A stretch of DNA of 64,000 nucleotides from NCBI GenBank assembly GCA_021613535.1, contig CP075496.1:4030001-4094000 (forward strand). The letters are read 5' to 3'. A program made the translations under genes and the position numbers. The notes under the pieces were generated by a model, which did no database searches, was not told the origin of the DNA, and worked only from the letters and a program-made list of their open reading frames with translations. This document shows positions 25,930-36,021 of the stretch, in pieces; the first letter of the stretch is position 1; every line of letters begins with the position of its first letter. This DNA comes from Adineta vaga. Its lineage: Eukaryota; Animalia; Rotifera.

Positions 25930-26490
25930 AAGAGAAAAGAAGCTGGATTGTATGTGACATGTTTTAAATCAGCAAATATATTGACTCGATTTCATATTGC
26001 ATATAAGAACGAGCAAAGAATTTACTGGATATTGTAAGGATCAGCCAAGACGTTGACTCGATATCATATTGTATATAAGAACGAGCAAAGAATTTACTGG
26101 ATATTGTAGGGATCAGCAAAGACGTTGACTCGACATCATATTGTATGTAAGAACGAGCAAGGAATTTACTGGATATTGTAAGGATCAGCCAAGACGTTGA
26201 CTCGATATCATATTGTATATAAGAACGAGTAAAAGAATTTGCTGTATACATGGATCGGTTTAAAGATTGGCTCGATGTTATATTATATATATAAGAATGC
26301 GATCAATAAATAACTGAATAGAACGAAAGAACGATACAGCATATAGATTGAATCGACTTCTTATTTTGTATACGAACGAGTTAAACGAAGTAGCTGAATA
26401 GTATATTTGATTGCGATATATCGTTTTTTACATCGATTCGACTGACACAAGAATAGTCTATTCTCTCGATGTTACTATTATATGTAATGG
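25930..26490 (-). repeat. 72-bp tandem repeat array in the LINE 3' UTR
   Basis: AAGAA(C/T)G starts at 26005, 26077, 26149, 26221 and 26293, an exact 72-bp period. Three near-identical units plus degenerate flanking units. Confidence 0.95.
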
Positions 26491-26506
26491 TTGGTGATTT
26501 CTTTTT

Positions 26507-29197
26507 TTAAATTTTGTCTAAGATGCATTGTAGATGATTCTTCAGTGTAATGTCGTTGTTTGTTGTTGCCTTTTGAAGTGTATGTTTAAGTAGTCCTATT
26601 GCATAATCTTTGATTTTTGGAATGTTGCTGATCTTGTGGATATATTTGACAGATGTATATATGGGTAGTCCGAGTGCAGCTCTAATTGCTTTATTCTGCA
26701 TGATTTGTAAACGGTCCCATACTTTTTGATCAGCAGTAAGGAGAATAGGATGTCCATAAATGATAACTGTGCGTACAATTGATTTGAAAATATTTATCAT
26801 CGTCTTGTTGTTGGGTTCATATGCTGTTCTCGAAAGATATCGAAGTAGACCGATCCGAGGAGCAATCTTGCTTTCAATATGTTCGAGATGTGCTCGCCAT
26901 TTTAATCTTTTATCTATAATTACACCCAAGTAACGTGTGGAGTCCAGTGGTTTGATGATGGTGTCTTCAACTTTAACTTTCACTGGATTCTTGTAGTGTT
27001 TTCTTGGATGTATGCTGAAGTGTATCAGCTCTGTCTTAGTTGGTTGAAGTTTTAATTTCCATGACTTGCACCAACTTTCGAATGCATCTATGGATTGTTG
27101 TAATCTGGTGTTAAGATTTGTTAAGGTGTTGCCAGATGTCCATAATGCAGTGTCGTCGGCGAACAACCCATGTTCTGTATGAGTTGGTATTCCATTCATC
27201 GAATCTGCCGTATACATAATATAAAGTAATGGTGATAACGGAGATCCTTGTGGTGTACCGCTCTTCAGATTAAACGGACGTGATAATATATTTTCGATTT
27301 CAATTGTAGCCGTTCTATTGCTTAAGAATGAGATCAGATAGTTGATGATGAAACAGGGAAGACGTAGATCATTAAGCTTGTATATCAAACCATCGTGCCA
27401 TACCGAATCAAATGCGGCTTTGATGTCGAAAAGAATGACAGCTGAGTGACGTCGTCGACGTGGTCGTCTAAGTTGTCCTGCAGCGTATCTTTCTAATCGC
27501 ACGATGTTGTATATAGTGCTTTTACCTGGTCTAAATCCGGCTTGATGTTGTGGTAAGATGTTTCGTCGTTCAAGTTCGAGCATTAAACGTTGTTTGATTA
27601 TTTTCTCCAATAGTTTGCCTAAGCAACTAAGGAGACTAATCGGTCGATAGCTAGACGGTTGTTGTTTGTCTTTCTTTGGCTTTAATAGAAGAATAATATT
27701 AGCCTTTTTCCACATTGCTGGAATATAACCTTGTTTCAAAATTGCATTAAACAGATTTGTTAGATGCTGTACCAGTAATTTTGAATGATTCTTCAAACAT
27801 CGGTTATGAATGTTGTCTGGACCAGTGGAGCTATTTCTAAGTTGTCTTATATGATTTTTGACTTCTTTTTCTTTGATTTGCTTCCACTTTGGTGTGTTTG
27901 AAGAGGTTATAGTTTTACTTTTGACTTTGTTTGCTTGGCGTGTTACTTGATCATGAAGTGGCAACGTATCAGCAGTGTGAGAGTAGACTTCATTTTCGAA
28001 GTAATCTGCAAATAAGTCTGCTTTCTCCTTGTCTGATGTTGCAGTTGTATTGTTGTATTTCATGATGTTGGCGTAGGTTTGCTTGATCCTTTTGTTGTGG
28101 AACTTGCGCACCGTCAGCCAAACTTTGTCCGAATACATTTTCTTATGGCATAAAGATGACATTAACTTGTTGAAGTTATTTCTTCTGTCGTTTCTAAGTG
28201 AATTTGTAAGCAAGACTTTGGAATTGTAATATAGATGTTTATCTAAGTTGTTTCCAGTCTTCTTCCATTTTCGATATGCTTGATGTTTTTGTTTTATCAG
28301 GCTTATCGATACTTCACTTGGTGTATACGTTCGGATCATCTGCTTTGTTTGTGGAACGGCTTCTTTTGTTGCTTCTAGTATACTAGTGGTAATGAATGAT
28401 GTATATTCTTCTATGTCTGCTGTTGAATCTAAATGATGATCATTTTTCCACAGCATCAGTTGTTGATCTAACTTGCACCTAAACTTTGACCATTTTGCTG
28501 CTTTGAAATTAAATGAAATTCTTGACGAAGCCGGTTTGGGTTCAGCTCCGCAAGGAATATCAAATGTTAATGGTTTATGGCCATTTAATGCACCGATTGT
28601 TGGATGAGTCTCAACGTTTGATATGAATGAAAGAAGTGGTTGACTTGCTAGAATCCAATCTAGTTTAACTTCATAATCATTTTTTTCGAAAGTTGGACTA
28701 TCATCGTCGACACAATCAATAAGACCATCTTTAAATAATTCTTGCAGCTGTCTTCCTCTAGCATTAGCTTGTTGTGATCCCATATTATATAATGTTGCAT
28801 TAAGATCACCCATGATAATGCAGTTGTTGTTGACGTTATAAAGTTCGTGGAATAAGTTGATATCGATCTTTGCTTTTGGTGGTACGTAAATGGAGGATAT
28901 TAGTATTGATTTGAATGATTTAGTTCGAATCTCTACTGCTATCGCTTCATTCTTGCAGGTTGTTTTGTTTAGTACTTCTTGACACTTGATATGTTGTTTC
29001 ACTGCTAGTAATACTCCACCCCCAGCTTGTCCTATTCGATCATTTCTGAAGATGTTATAACCAAAAAGAGTGAATGGTCTTTCGCTCTTTAGATTAGTTT
29101 CATTAACAGAGATAATATCGTATTTGGAGAATCTGGCTAGGAGTTCATCTTTGTGTTTGGTAATTGAGTTAATGTTGATATGGCATAAACTAAGCAT
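26507..29197 (-). CDS. LINE ORF2: apurinic-like endonuclease plus reverse transcriptase, no RNase H
   Basis: APE motifs NINS, VNET, IYVPP, GDLNA and LDWIL; RT motifs YRPISLLS, QAGFR, FDIKAAFDSV, GTPQGSPLSP, FADD and YLGV. 896 aa uninterrupted. Confidence 0.97.
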   Translation of the reverse strand: MLSLCHININSITKHKDELLARFSKYDIISVNETNLKSERPFTLFGYNIFRNDRIGQAGGGVLLAVKQHIKCQEVLNKTTCKNEAIAVEIRTKSFKSILISSIYVPPKAKIDINLFHELYNVNNNCIIMGDLNATLYNMGSQQANARGRQLQELFKDGLIDCVDDDSPTFEKNDYEVKLDWILASQPLLSFISNVETHPTIGALNGHKPLTFDIPCGAEPKPASSRISFNFKAAKWSKFRCKLDQQLMLWKNDHHLDSTADIEEYTSFITTSILEATKEAVPQTKQMIRTYTPSEVSISLIKQKHQAYRKWKKTGNNLDKHLYYNSKVLLTNSLRNDRRNNFNKLMSSLCHKKMYSDKVWLTVRKFHNKRIKQTYANIMKYNNTTATSDKEKADLFADYFENEVYSHTADTLPLHDQVTRQANKVKSKTITSSNTPKWKQIKEKEVKNHIRQLRNSSTGPDNIHNRCLKNHSKLLVQHLTNLFNAILKQGYIPAMWKKANIILLLKPKKDKQQPSSYRPISLLSCLGKLLEKIIKQRLMLELERRNILPQHQAGFRPGKSTIYNIVRLERYAAGQLRRPRRRRHSAVILFDIKAAFDSVWHDGLIYKLNDLRLPCFIINYLISFLSNRTATIEIENILSRPFNLKSGTPQGSPLSPLLYIMYTADSMNGIPTHTEHGLFADDTALWTSGNTLTNLNTRLQQSIDAFESWCKSWKLKLQPTKTELIHFSIHPRKHYKNPVKVKVEDTIIKPLDSTRYLGVIIDKRLKWRAHLEHIESKIAPRIGLLRYLSRTAYEPNNKTMINIFKSIVRTVIIYGHPILLTADQKVWDRLQIMQNKAIRAALGLPIYTSVKYIHKISNIPKIKDYAIGLLKHTLQKATTNNDITLKNHLQCILDKI

Positions 29198-30647
29198 CGT
29201 TGCTGCTAGTTTTAAGTGTTTTCTTGTCGTTTATAGATGCATCAGGAGAGTTGTTGGAAGAAAGGGCTCTCTTGTTTGTATTGGATCCTTCTTTTTTATT
29301 TTGTGCGTCTTTTGACGTAGTAGGAGTTGATGGCATAGTAGGTTTATTTGAAATGACATTCTCTGTTGTAGACGATTTGTCAGCTTCACTCTGTTGTTTT
29401 TTTGGTTTTGGTTTGATGATCTTAACTGCTTGACTTTGTTCGTTGGAATCAGAGTCTGAATCAGTTAATATATATTTTTCTTCATTATTACGATCGAGGA
29501 GTCCGAATGATTTTTCGATCTTCTTGATCTTCTGATGTAGTGCTTTGAATAGTCGATTGGTAGTTTTTTCGATGATGGTTTCCATTTTGCTGGTAAGAGC
29601 ATTAATGATATCGTCGAATAAATTGTCCGTTAATAGTTGTTTTTGTGTTTGGTTGAATTGTGATAGAGGTGGGAAGTCATGTGTGTTGTAGATTGATGGT
29701 GCTTGTGTTACTTGTTTGCTTGTTGTTGCATATTGGATAACCATGTTTTGCATCTTCTTTTCTTGTTCTCTATAATGTGAACATTCTTTGGAAGTAGCAA
29801 TATGATTACCTTTACAGTTGTAGCACTTGACTGCATCATCTGTAACAGTACATTTGTCGTTGCTATGATTTTCACCACATCGACTACATACTTGTTGCTT
29901 GGTTTTGCAGTATTTGGCTACATGGTTGTATTTTAAGCAAATGTAACATTGCACCGGTTTGGAATTTTGTGTCGCTGGTTCAGCGGTGAAGTGCATGCAA
30001 TCCACTTGTAAACCAGTTTGCACAAAGATATTTCGATTTGTTGCATCGCTAAATGATATCTTGACTGTTCGTGTTGGAGTCTTACCATCTTTGCTTGTTA
30101 ATCGAATAACTTCTGTTACTTCAAGACCAACGTTCTTTAGTGCTTCAGTTATTCGATCGTTTGGTAGTTCTAGATCGACTCTTTTTACGAAGGCGATCTT
30201 TTCTGTGTCCTTGATTCTTTGTATAGATCTTGGAACGTATACCGTGGCTGATGGTTGACCGTTTGACGATAATATTGATGAAAAGTCGTTTAATATGTTG
30301 TTGAACGATTTAACATCTCTTGCATATAATGTGAATATTCCATTTCGTCCAAGTTGGATGTCATGGATATTGACTTCAGCAAGATGTTGCTTCAATATAT
30401 CATTTAGCTGCAATTTGTTTAAGTTAACACCCTCTAGAATAAGAGGGGCGATACTAAATGTTGGTTGGCTTGATTTTAAAGCATATGGTCCTGCTTTGCC
30501 ATCTTGTGTTGTTCGTTGTGGGCTTTGTATGCTTTGTGAGCTTTGTGGCCCTTGTTTTCGTTGTGTGGTGATTGCTCTTTGTTGGTTGTCCACGCTGTGG
30601 TAGCGTCTCTGTTGACCACCGCCACCCCTTCCTCTCTTGGAAGGCAT
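29190..30647 (-). CDS. LINE ORF1: gag-like nucleic-acid-binding protein with three CCHC knuckles
   Basis: CYICLKYNHVAKYC, CSRCGENHSNDKC and CYNCKGNHIATSKEC. First ATG at 30647 (MPSKRGRGGG). Overlaps ORF2 by 8 nt. Confidence 0.93.
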   Translation of the reverse strand: MPSKRGRGGGGQQRRYHSVDNQQRAITTQRKQGPQSSQSIQSPQRTTQDGKAGPYALKSSQPTFSIAPLILEGVNLNKLQLNDILKQHLAEVNIHDIQLGRNGIFTLYARDVKSFNNILNDFSSILSSNGQPSATVYVPRSIQRIKDTEKIAFVKRVDLELPNDRITEALKNVGLEVTEVIRLTSKDGKTPTRTVKISFSDATNRNIFVQTGLQVDCMHFTAEPATQNSKPVQCYICLKYNHVAKYCKTKQQVCSRCGENHSNDKCTVTDDAVKCYNCKGNHIATSKECSHYREQEKKMQNMVIQYATTSKQVTQAPSIYNTHDFPPLSQFNQTQKQLLTDNLFDDIINALTSKMETIIEKTTNRLFKALHQKIKKIEKSFGLLDRNNEEKYILTDSDSDSNEQSQAVKIIKPKPKKQQSEADKSSTTENVISNKPTMPSTPTTSKDAQNKKEGSNTNKRALSSNNSPDASINDKKTLKTSSNDA

Positions 30648-30871
30648 TAAAATCAGCACCAGTTGTTGATAATTTGATGTAGATTGTTTTTGTTTTCTTG
30701 TTTGGGTTGATGAAGTACAGAGGATCTCGATGAAAAACCAGTTTTTTTTAAGTCCTAGGACTTTTTAGCTGGTCGAAAGAAAAAAGTAGAAAGACGAGAG
30801 ATACGATATATATGTTTATTTCACTTGGACGAATGCGACTGATCGCGACCAAGTCAACTAGACGGCTCTCT

Positions 30872-30875
<4 letters not shown>

Positions 30876-30911
<36 letters not shown>
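30876..30911. repeat. (AT)18 microsatellite next to the LINE 5' end
   Basis: Direct reading. The equivalent site in copy 2 (~35240) has only a short interrupted AT run. Confidence 0.95.
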
Positions 30912-30915
<4 letters not shown>

Positions 30916-30941
30916 TAGTGAATAGACCAAGCGGATGATCG

Positions 30942-33005
30942 ATGAAATTCAGCTTTCGTTTTCGCTTACGAAGGAAGAAGAATCATTTCAAAAAGTCAAA
31001 GAAATCTAAACATATTGTTAATCTATTTAATCGTAATCGATTTGAGCATCGATCAGATATTGCTATTAATGAATGTAATCAATTATCAAATAATATGACA
31101 TTAGTGAATGAGGGAGGTGGTGATGATCGAGGAAAACTTTTTAAACAAATTTCAACACTCCTTACGCATCAAGATTTATCGAATGTTTTCTAAAATTTTA
31201 TACCGGATTGTACTTGCGAATGGAAGAAAGATCAAAGTTCACATGTGGATAGAACTGATGATATCAGTGGTAAGTCTGTCACCTCGATTATTCCTGCTTT
31301 CTTTTTTTCTCTTCTCCAACGCACCGATAGATGTGTTCTCTCTCTTTTTCTCTGTCTGGTATGTTCATCTGATAACTAGACTAATTCTAGTGTTCGCTAT
31401 TGAATTGTATATAAGCAACTGATCTTTTCTGTAGACATTGATTTAAATTTATCAACGTAATCTGTATGTCTCGATCTAGATTTCTCAAGCTGTTGTATAA
31501 TACAGGTCTTCAAGTAAGACAGATTATAATAAACATTTGCTAATGATATCATGTTTAATTCAGAAAGAAGAATTACAAAAATTTTACACTGAAGCATCTG
31601 AGCGAATAAATTCTCAGTCAAAATTGCTAAATCGAACGAATGATCCTGTTAATCCAGATTATTACAAAATGACGAAAACCAATTATCGGCAAACAGAAGC
31701 TGAAGTTAAACTCTTGAAAACGATTTTAAATTATATCGAAGAAAAAGATGAAAATGACAATGCCCAGGTCGAACAATCCGGCGCGGAACCGACCGGTTCC
31801 AGCACTTTCCGGGGATTTCATGGAAGCAGTATTCCGGATCGGAATTCATCGGACAAAATCCGTCCGCTTCCGATTACATCCTCACGGAAATCATCGGAAC
31901 AATGCGAAAAAGAACCTAAAATTTCTCCCCATAACCGTACCATTGGAAATCCAAAGGAAACTAGCGGATCCTGGACAGGTTTTCCAACCATTCGGAATCG
32001 CAGTTTTCCGATAATTTTTTTCCTTTGCTAATTGCGCCATTATCCATGAAAAGCAGTTCAAACTCCCATCTGCATCCATGCTATTGAACCTAGCATGGGT
32101 TCGTCGTATTCAGTCATACATTATTTCGAAGATTAAAATCGGATTTTCAATCCGCTCAAAAGTCCTTCAAAAATCGCTGAGGATGGTTATTTATGCTGGA
32201 TTTTGTCGAATGTTTTTAGTACCGTATGTATCCGGACGGAATCGGTAGAAATGATTAGAATCTGTTTGGTCGGTTTTCATCGGTTCCAGCTTTGGGAAAC
32301 ATTTGGATTTTCGCGATTTTTGGTGAAAATGAGGGAATATTCCGATAAATTGGGGGTCTGGGTGAATCCGTGTTGTTTTTCCTTGCAGTTCCTGTGTGAT
32401 ACGATTAGAGGGGAAAATTTTTCTGGTTTTTGTTTTTGTTGGGAAGTAGTCGGATCCTGGTCCGACCTTTTCCGGTCTGGAATACTGCTTCCATTATCCT
32501 GTGATTTTCCGTTTGGTTCCGTTTGGATGTGATTAGAACTGAACGGAAGGCTCCGGAAAGGGCATGCTTTTCTGCGGGTTCCTGTCGGATCCGGAGGCCG
32601 GAACGTCCGTCCTGGGTGAAGATTTTCAAGAGTAAAATTCATTGATTATTTCGAAGAAAACCACTCTTTCTTATTTTTTCAGTAATTCAATACCACATGG
32701 AAATGAAGACACATCACGAACAACAACGACAACTTCATTTGTACAATGAAACCAATATTGTCATCATTAACTCATCGTTTTTACCTCTTGTTTTAGTTGA
32801 CAAGTGACTTTGCAGTACAAAAAGTTATTGAAGGCGAATTAAACCAAGGTATTAAACTCGGTACAAAAGCTCATTATGTGTAAGTTTAACATTTTCCAAC
32901 AGACATTTTTTATTCGTACTATTCAATAGAACACAAGCTCATCCATATGCGAAAAATCTCGTCATCTGTCCAGGTTGTGGCAAAGCTATTAATATCAAAA
33001 ACTAA
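30942..33005 (+). pseudogene. Chimeric pseudogene: truncated VAMP-like 5' end joined to an unrelated multi-exon gene remnant that is disrupted by stops and a MITE
   Basis: Identity to the 35280 gene ends at 31158. Removing the MITE and the GT-AG introns 32632-32682, 32741-32796 and 32880-32929 gives a continuous frame ...IEEKDENDNEDFQDNSIPHG...LTSDFAVQKVIEGE...NLVICPGCGKAINIKN*. In-frame TAA codons at 31191-31193 and ~31458. Confidence 0.6.
31763..32616. mobile_element. CCCAG...CTGGG MITE with 2-bp TG TSD (EnSpm/CACTA-like) inserted in an exon
   Basis: tg|CCCAGGTCGAACAATCCGG ... CCGGAACGTCCGTCCTGGG|tg. Subterminal inverted block GGAAGCAGTATTCC / GGAATACTGCTTCC. More GC-rich than the flanks and rich in TCCGG. 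Confidence 0.85.
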
Positions 33006-34089
33006 TGGACGATTTATAAACCATATCTACATTTTATTTCATTAATAGTTATACTTTGTTTTTCAAATAAAACAGATTTATTTTAAAACCTATTAATCAA
33101 TCTTGATTCGACAAGACTCAATTATTCACTATGTTCACAAAATGTAAAGATTCTTCCTATTAAATCACTTGAAACACTTTTCATTTTTGTTCCGTCTGTT
33201 TCATACATAACAACCATCTCATTCGATTCTTCCGTTGAACCCTAAACAGAATAACATCAATTCATGACTTCATTCATTGCCAATAAACCTTTGAATACCA
33301 TAAATTCTTTATTGATAATCATCTTACAGATGATATATGAATTAACTTGTTTAATTGTAATTGTAATTGTAAAATATCGTCTAAGATTGATATTCAAATA
33401 ATACGAAAAGAAGCTGTATAAATCAATAAATAAATTTGCAATGATTCTTACTTGATTTTATTTATCCGCATTATACTGCGGTAGGTTTTAGCATTAAATA
33501 CTATACTTAAATATACAAGTAATATTTTATGATATTAAATCGATTAATCTACTTTTTATTCATTTTATCATTAATTAAAAAGTTTATACTTGCTTCACAA
33601 TCGACGCTGGTCAGAAGTCTAGCCCCATCTTTTTATTGCGAGGTGTGCATTAGATGTACATAACATTAATTTTATTTGTCTATATGCCTCTACAGTATAG
33701 CAGTTGAGTACTATACATATACATATATATCTGCTTAATACAAAAACTTCTTGAATATAAAATACAGCAAAAACAAATCAGCTTCAATGCTATGAAAAAT
33801 ATCACATACAAAAATGCAAAGTAAAATTTTTGTTGTAATGACACATCTATATCATCATATAGGCAACAAAGCAAAAAACTAGCAGTCGGTTGGTTTTCTA
33901 AATAATACTCAACTACAAGTTGTTTAAACAAAGGAGCATAATATAACGGTGCAAAACAATCACAATTATTATTTTTTAAATTAATTATTTATTTAATTTC
34001 AATTATCTTGAGTTGAGTATTCCTTTTCTTTGAAAAGATTTTATAACTATTCAGAAATATAATTAGCTTCTTTTTCTTTTTTTCTTATT

Positions 34090-35499
34090 ATGTAATCGTA
34101 ATAGATTTCTTCGTCGTTTGTTTTTTTTTCTTCAAACAATTGAACGTCGATAATGATTAATTGGTTGAATTGAATCTTCATCGATAAATGTAATATCATA
34201 GTCAAGACTTTGATGACTACTATCATTCAAAGAATTTCCTTCATAGTTTCGTACAAAAGCACGAGCGATCATTGGTTGTTGAAAGGATATATTTTCATAA
34301 TCATCATTGCGATGTTTGTTTTCAATTTGATCATCATCATCATCATCACCCATATGACGATGTGAATGTGTTCGAAATGAAGATGAATTTCCATTCGCAT
34401 GTTGTTGTCGTCGAGCAATTGTATCACAAACAGAACAACGTGAAGATAAACTTTGTGTTGATTCGATTTGTTGTTGTTGTTGTTGTTGTTGACGGTAACG
34501 ATGCGATTCATAGAACGTTTTTGCTAATAATTCTGCAAGTATTTGTGCACGATGGCTTGTTTTACAAAGTACTACATGGCATTCAAGTTCATTCGATTGT
34601 TGAGAGCGTGCAATCCAGAGAAAAAGACGACGATGTAAAGGTTCAGCAACACAATATGAAATATTTTCAATAGCATCGAACCAAACACTTTTATATGTAC
34701 CATTAGCTATTTCTTCATAAATACATAAACCAAACGGATGTATTGATATAGCACAACGATTATTAAGTGTACCTTTTTTCGAACGTTTCCATATGATACG
34801 TACAGATTCCTTCAAAAGAAAAGAAATCTATAGAAGACATAAAGAGTTATTTCTCACACTTACAATTGCTACATTTATACCATGCGAATGTAAAGCATGG
34901 ACTTTGCCTAGATATTTGACTGGTTGAAGAGAATCTTCGGTTCGAAGTTCACTTTCACTCATTTCTTAAAGACTGCTACAAAGGAGAAATTCGTTTCTTC
35001 AATCGACCTTTTTACAATTATGTATGTCTTATTGATGGCCTTTAAGGTTTCTTTTTGTTCTTCTTCTTCATTTCATTGATCCTAAAGTAAAGCTTCTCTC
35101 GAGGAAATTGAACAACTGATGAAGAGAGAACATGCAAAGAAGAAGGATGCGCTGATATACAAAAGTAAAATAGAGCGCGTCGAGTAATTATAATGTAAGA
35201 AGGGCGCTAAGCTATTTAACTATCTATCTCTCTCTCTCTATATATGTATATGTTAGTGAATAGACCAAGCGGATGATCGATGAAATTCAGCTTTCGTTTT
35301 CGCTTACGAAAGAAGAAGAAGAATCACTTCAAAAAATCAAAGAAATCTAAACATATTGTTAATCTATTTAATCCTAATCGATATGAGCATCGATCAGACA
35401 TTGCCAATAATGAATGTAATCAATTATCAAATAATATGACATTAGTGAATGAGGGAGGTGGTGATGATCGAGGAAAACTTTTTAAACAAATTCCAACAC
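34090..35499. repeat. Segmental direct duplication, copy 2 (empty LINE site)
   Basis: Near-identical to 24468-25643 plus ~30905-31158. Confidence 0.95.
34132..34962 (-). CDS. PTB/PID-domain protein, copy 2
   Basis: Same exon structure as copy 1; 8 differences across the 227-aa ORF-track translations; ORF intact. Confidence 0.8.
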
Positions 35500-35851
35500 C
35501 TGTCGATGAACAACAAATTGCGAATGCACAAGATAAAGTCGATCGTTTAATGAATGCTATTACAGATACATATGAAAAAACTTTAGTTCGAAATCTTCGT
35601 CTTGAAGAATTAGATATGAGATCAACGGATTTATTTCGTGATGCAGAAAAAATGAAAAATATGGCACATAAAATGCAAGATAAATTCTTTTGGGAAGATA
35701 GTAAATGTGATGAAAAGAAAAGAAATCCAAAATGATTGTTTTTTTTATGTATTTAGAATACTTTTTAGTAGTTGCAATTGCATCAATATCGGCGATTGCT
35801 TTAGGTGGTCTTCTTGCTTTGATATTTATTCCAAAAATAACCGGCAATTAA
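35280..35851 (+). CDS. Synaptobrevin/VAMP-like R-SNARE; exons 35280-35700 and 35757-35851
   Basis: AQDKVDRLMNAITDTYEKTLVRNLRLEELDMRSTDL...KFFWED follows the synaptobrevin coil with its zero-layer R. The spliced C-terminal TM is YFLVVAIASISAIALGGLLALIFIP. Confidence 0.82.
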
Positions 35852-36021
35852 TTTCACTTTATTTATGTTCTTGTTCATATTTTCTGAATACTTGAAATGA
35901 GCTTTTGCTCATCATGTCCACGGTACAATTCAGATACAATTTTTTTAAATGAATAAAGCAAAAAAAAAAGAAGAAAAAGAAAAATTTATTTTGAAAAAAA
36001 GTGCATTATAAATAAGTTTGT

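Larger units (their letters stand above)
25644..30865 (-). mobile_element. Full-length non-LTR retrotransposon (jockey clade, Hebe-like), ~5.2 kb
   Basis: 11-bp TSD CTCTCTATACA (25633-25643 and 30866-30876). A9 tail preceded by AATAAA on the minus strand. Intact ORF1 and ORF2. The insertion is absent from duplicate copy 2. Confidence 0.95.
24468..31158. repeat. Segmental direct duplication, copy 1 (~1.4 kb of duplicated sequence interrupted by the LINE)
   Basis: 24468-25643 matches 34090-~35243, and ~30905-31158 matches ~35244-35499. Confidence 0.95.

Noticed and set aside
25930-26490. CRISPR array (repeat plus spacer look, next to an RT)
   Set aside because: Eukaryotic context, no cas genes, three spacers nearly identical, and the array lies inside the LINE between the ORF2 stop and the poly(A).
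29070-30603. Plus-strand ORFs within the LINE
   Set aside because: Antisense shadows of ORF1 and ORF2 with no independent support.
31748-32642. ORFs within the CCCAG MITE as a transposase
   Set aside because: Short, without DDE or other transposase motifs; explained by locally higher GC.
33122-33960. Minus-strand exon-like fragment (GSTEESNEMV...CEHSE*) and a possible transposase HTH start (FKQLVVEYYLEN)
   Set aside because: No consistent open spliced frame could be built; too short to call.
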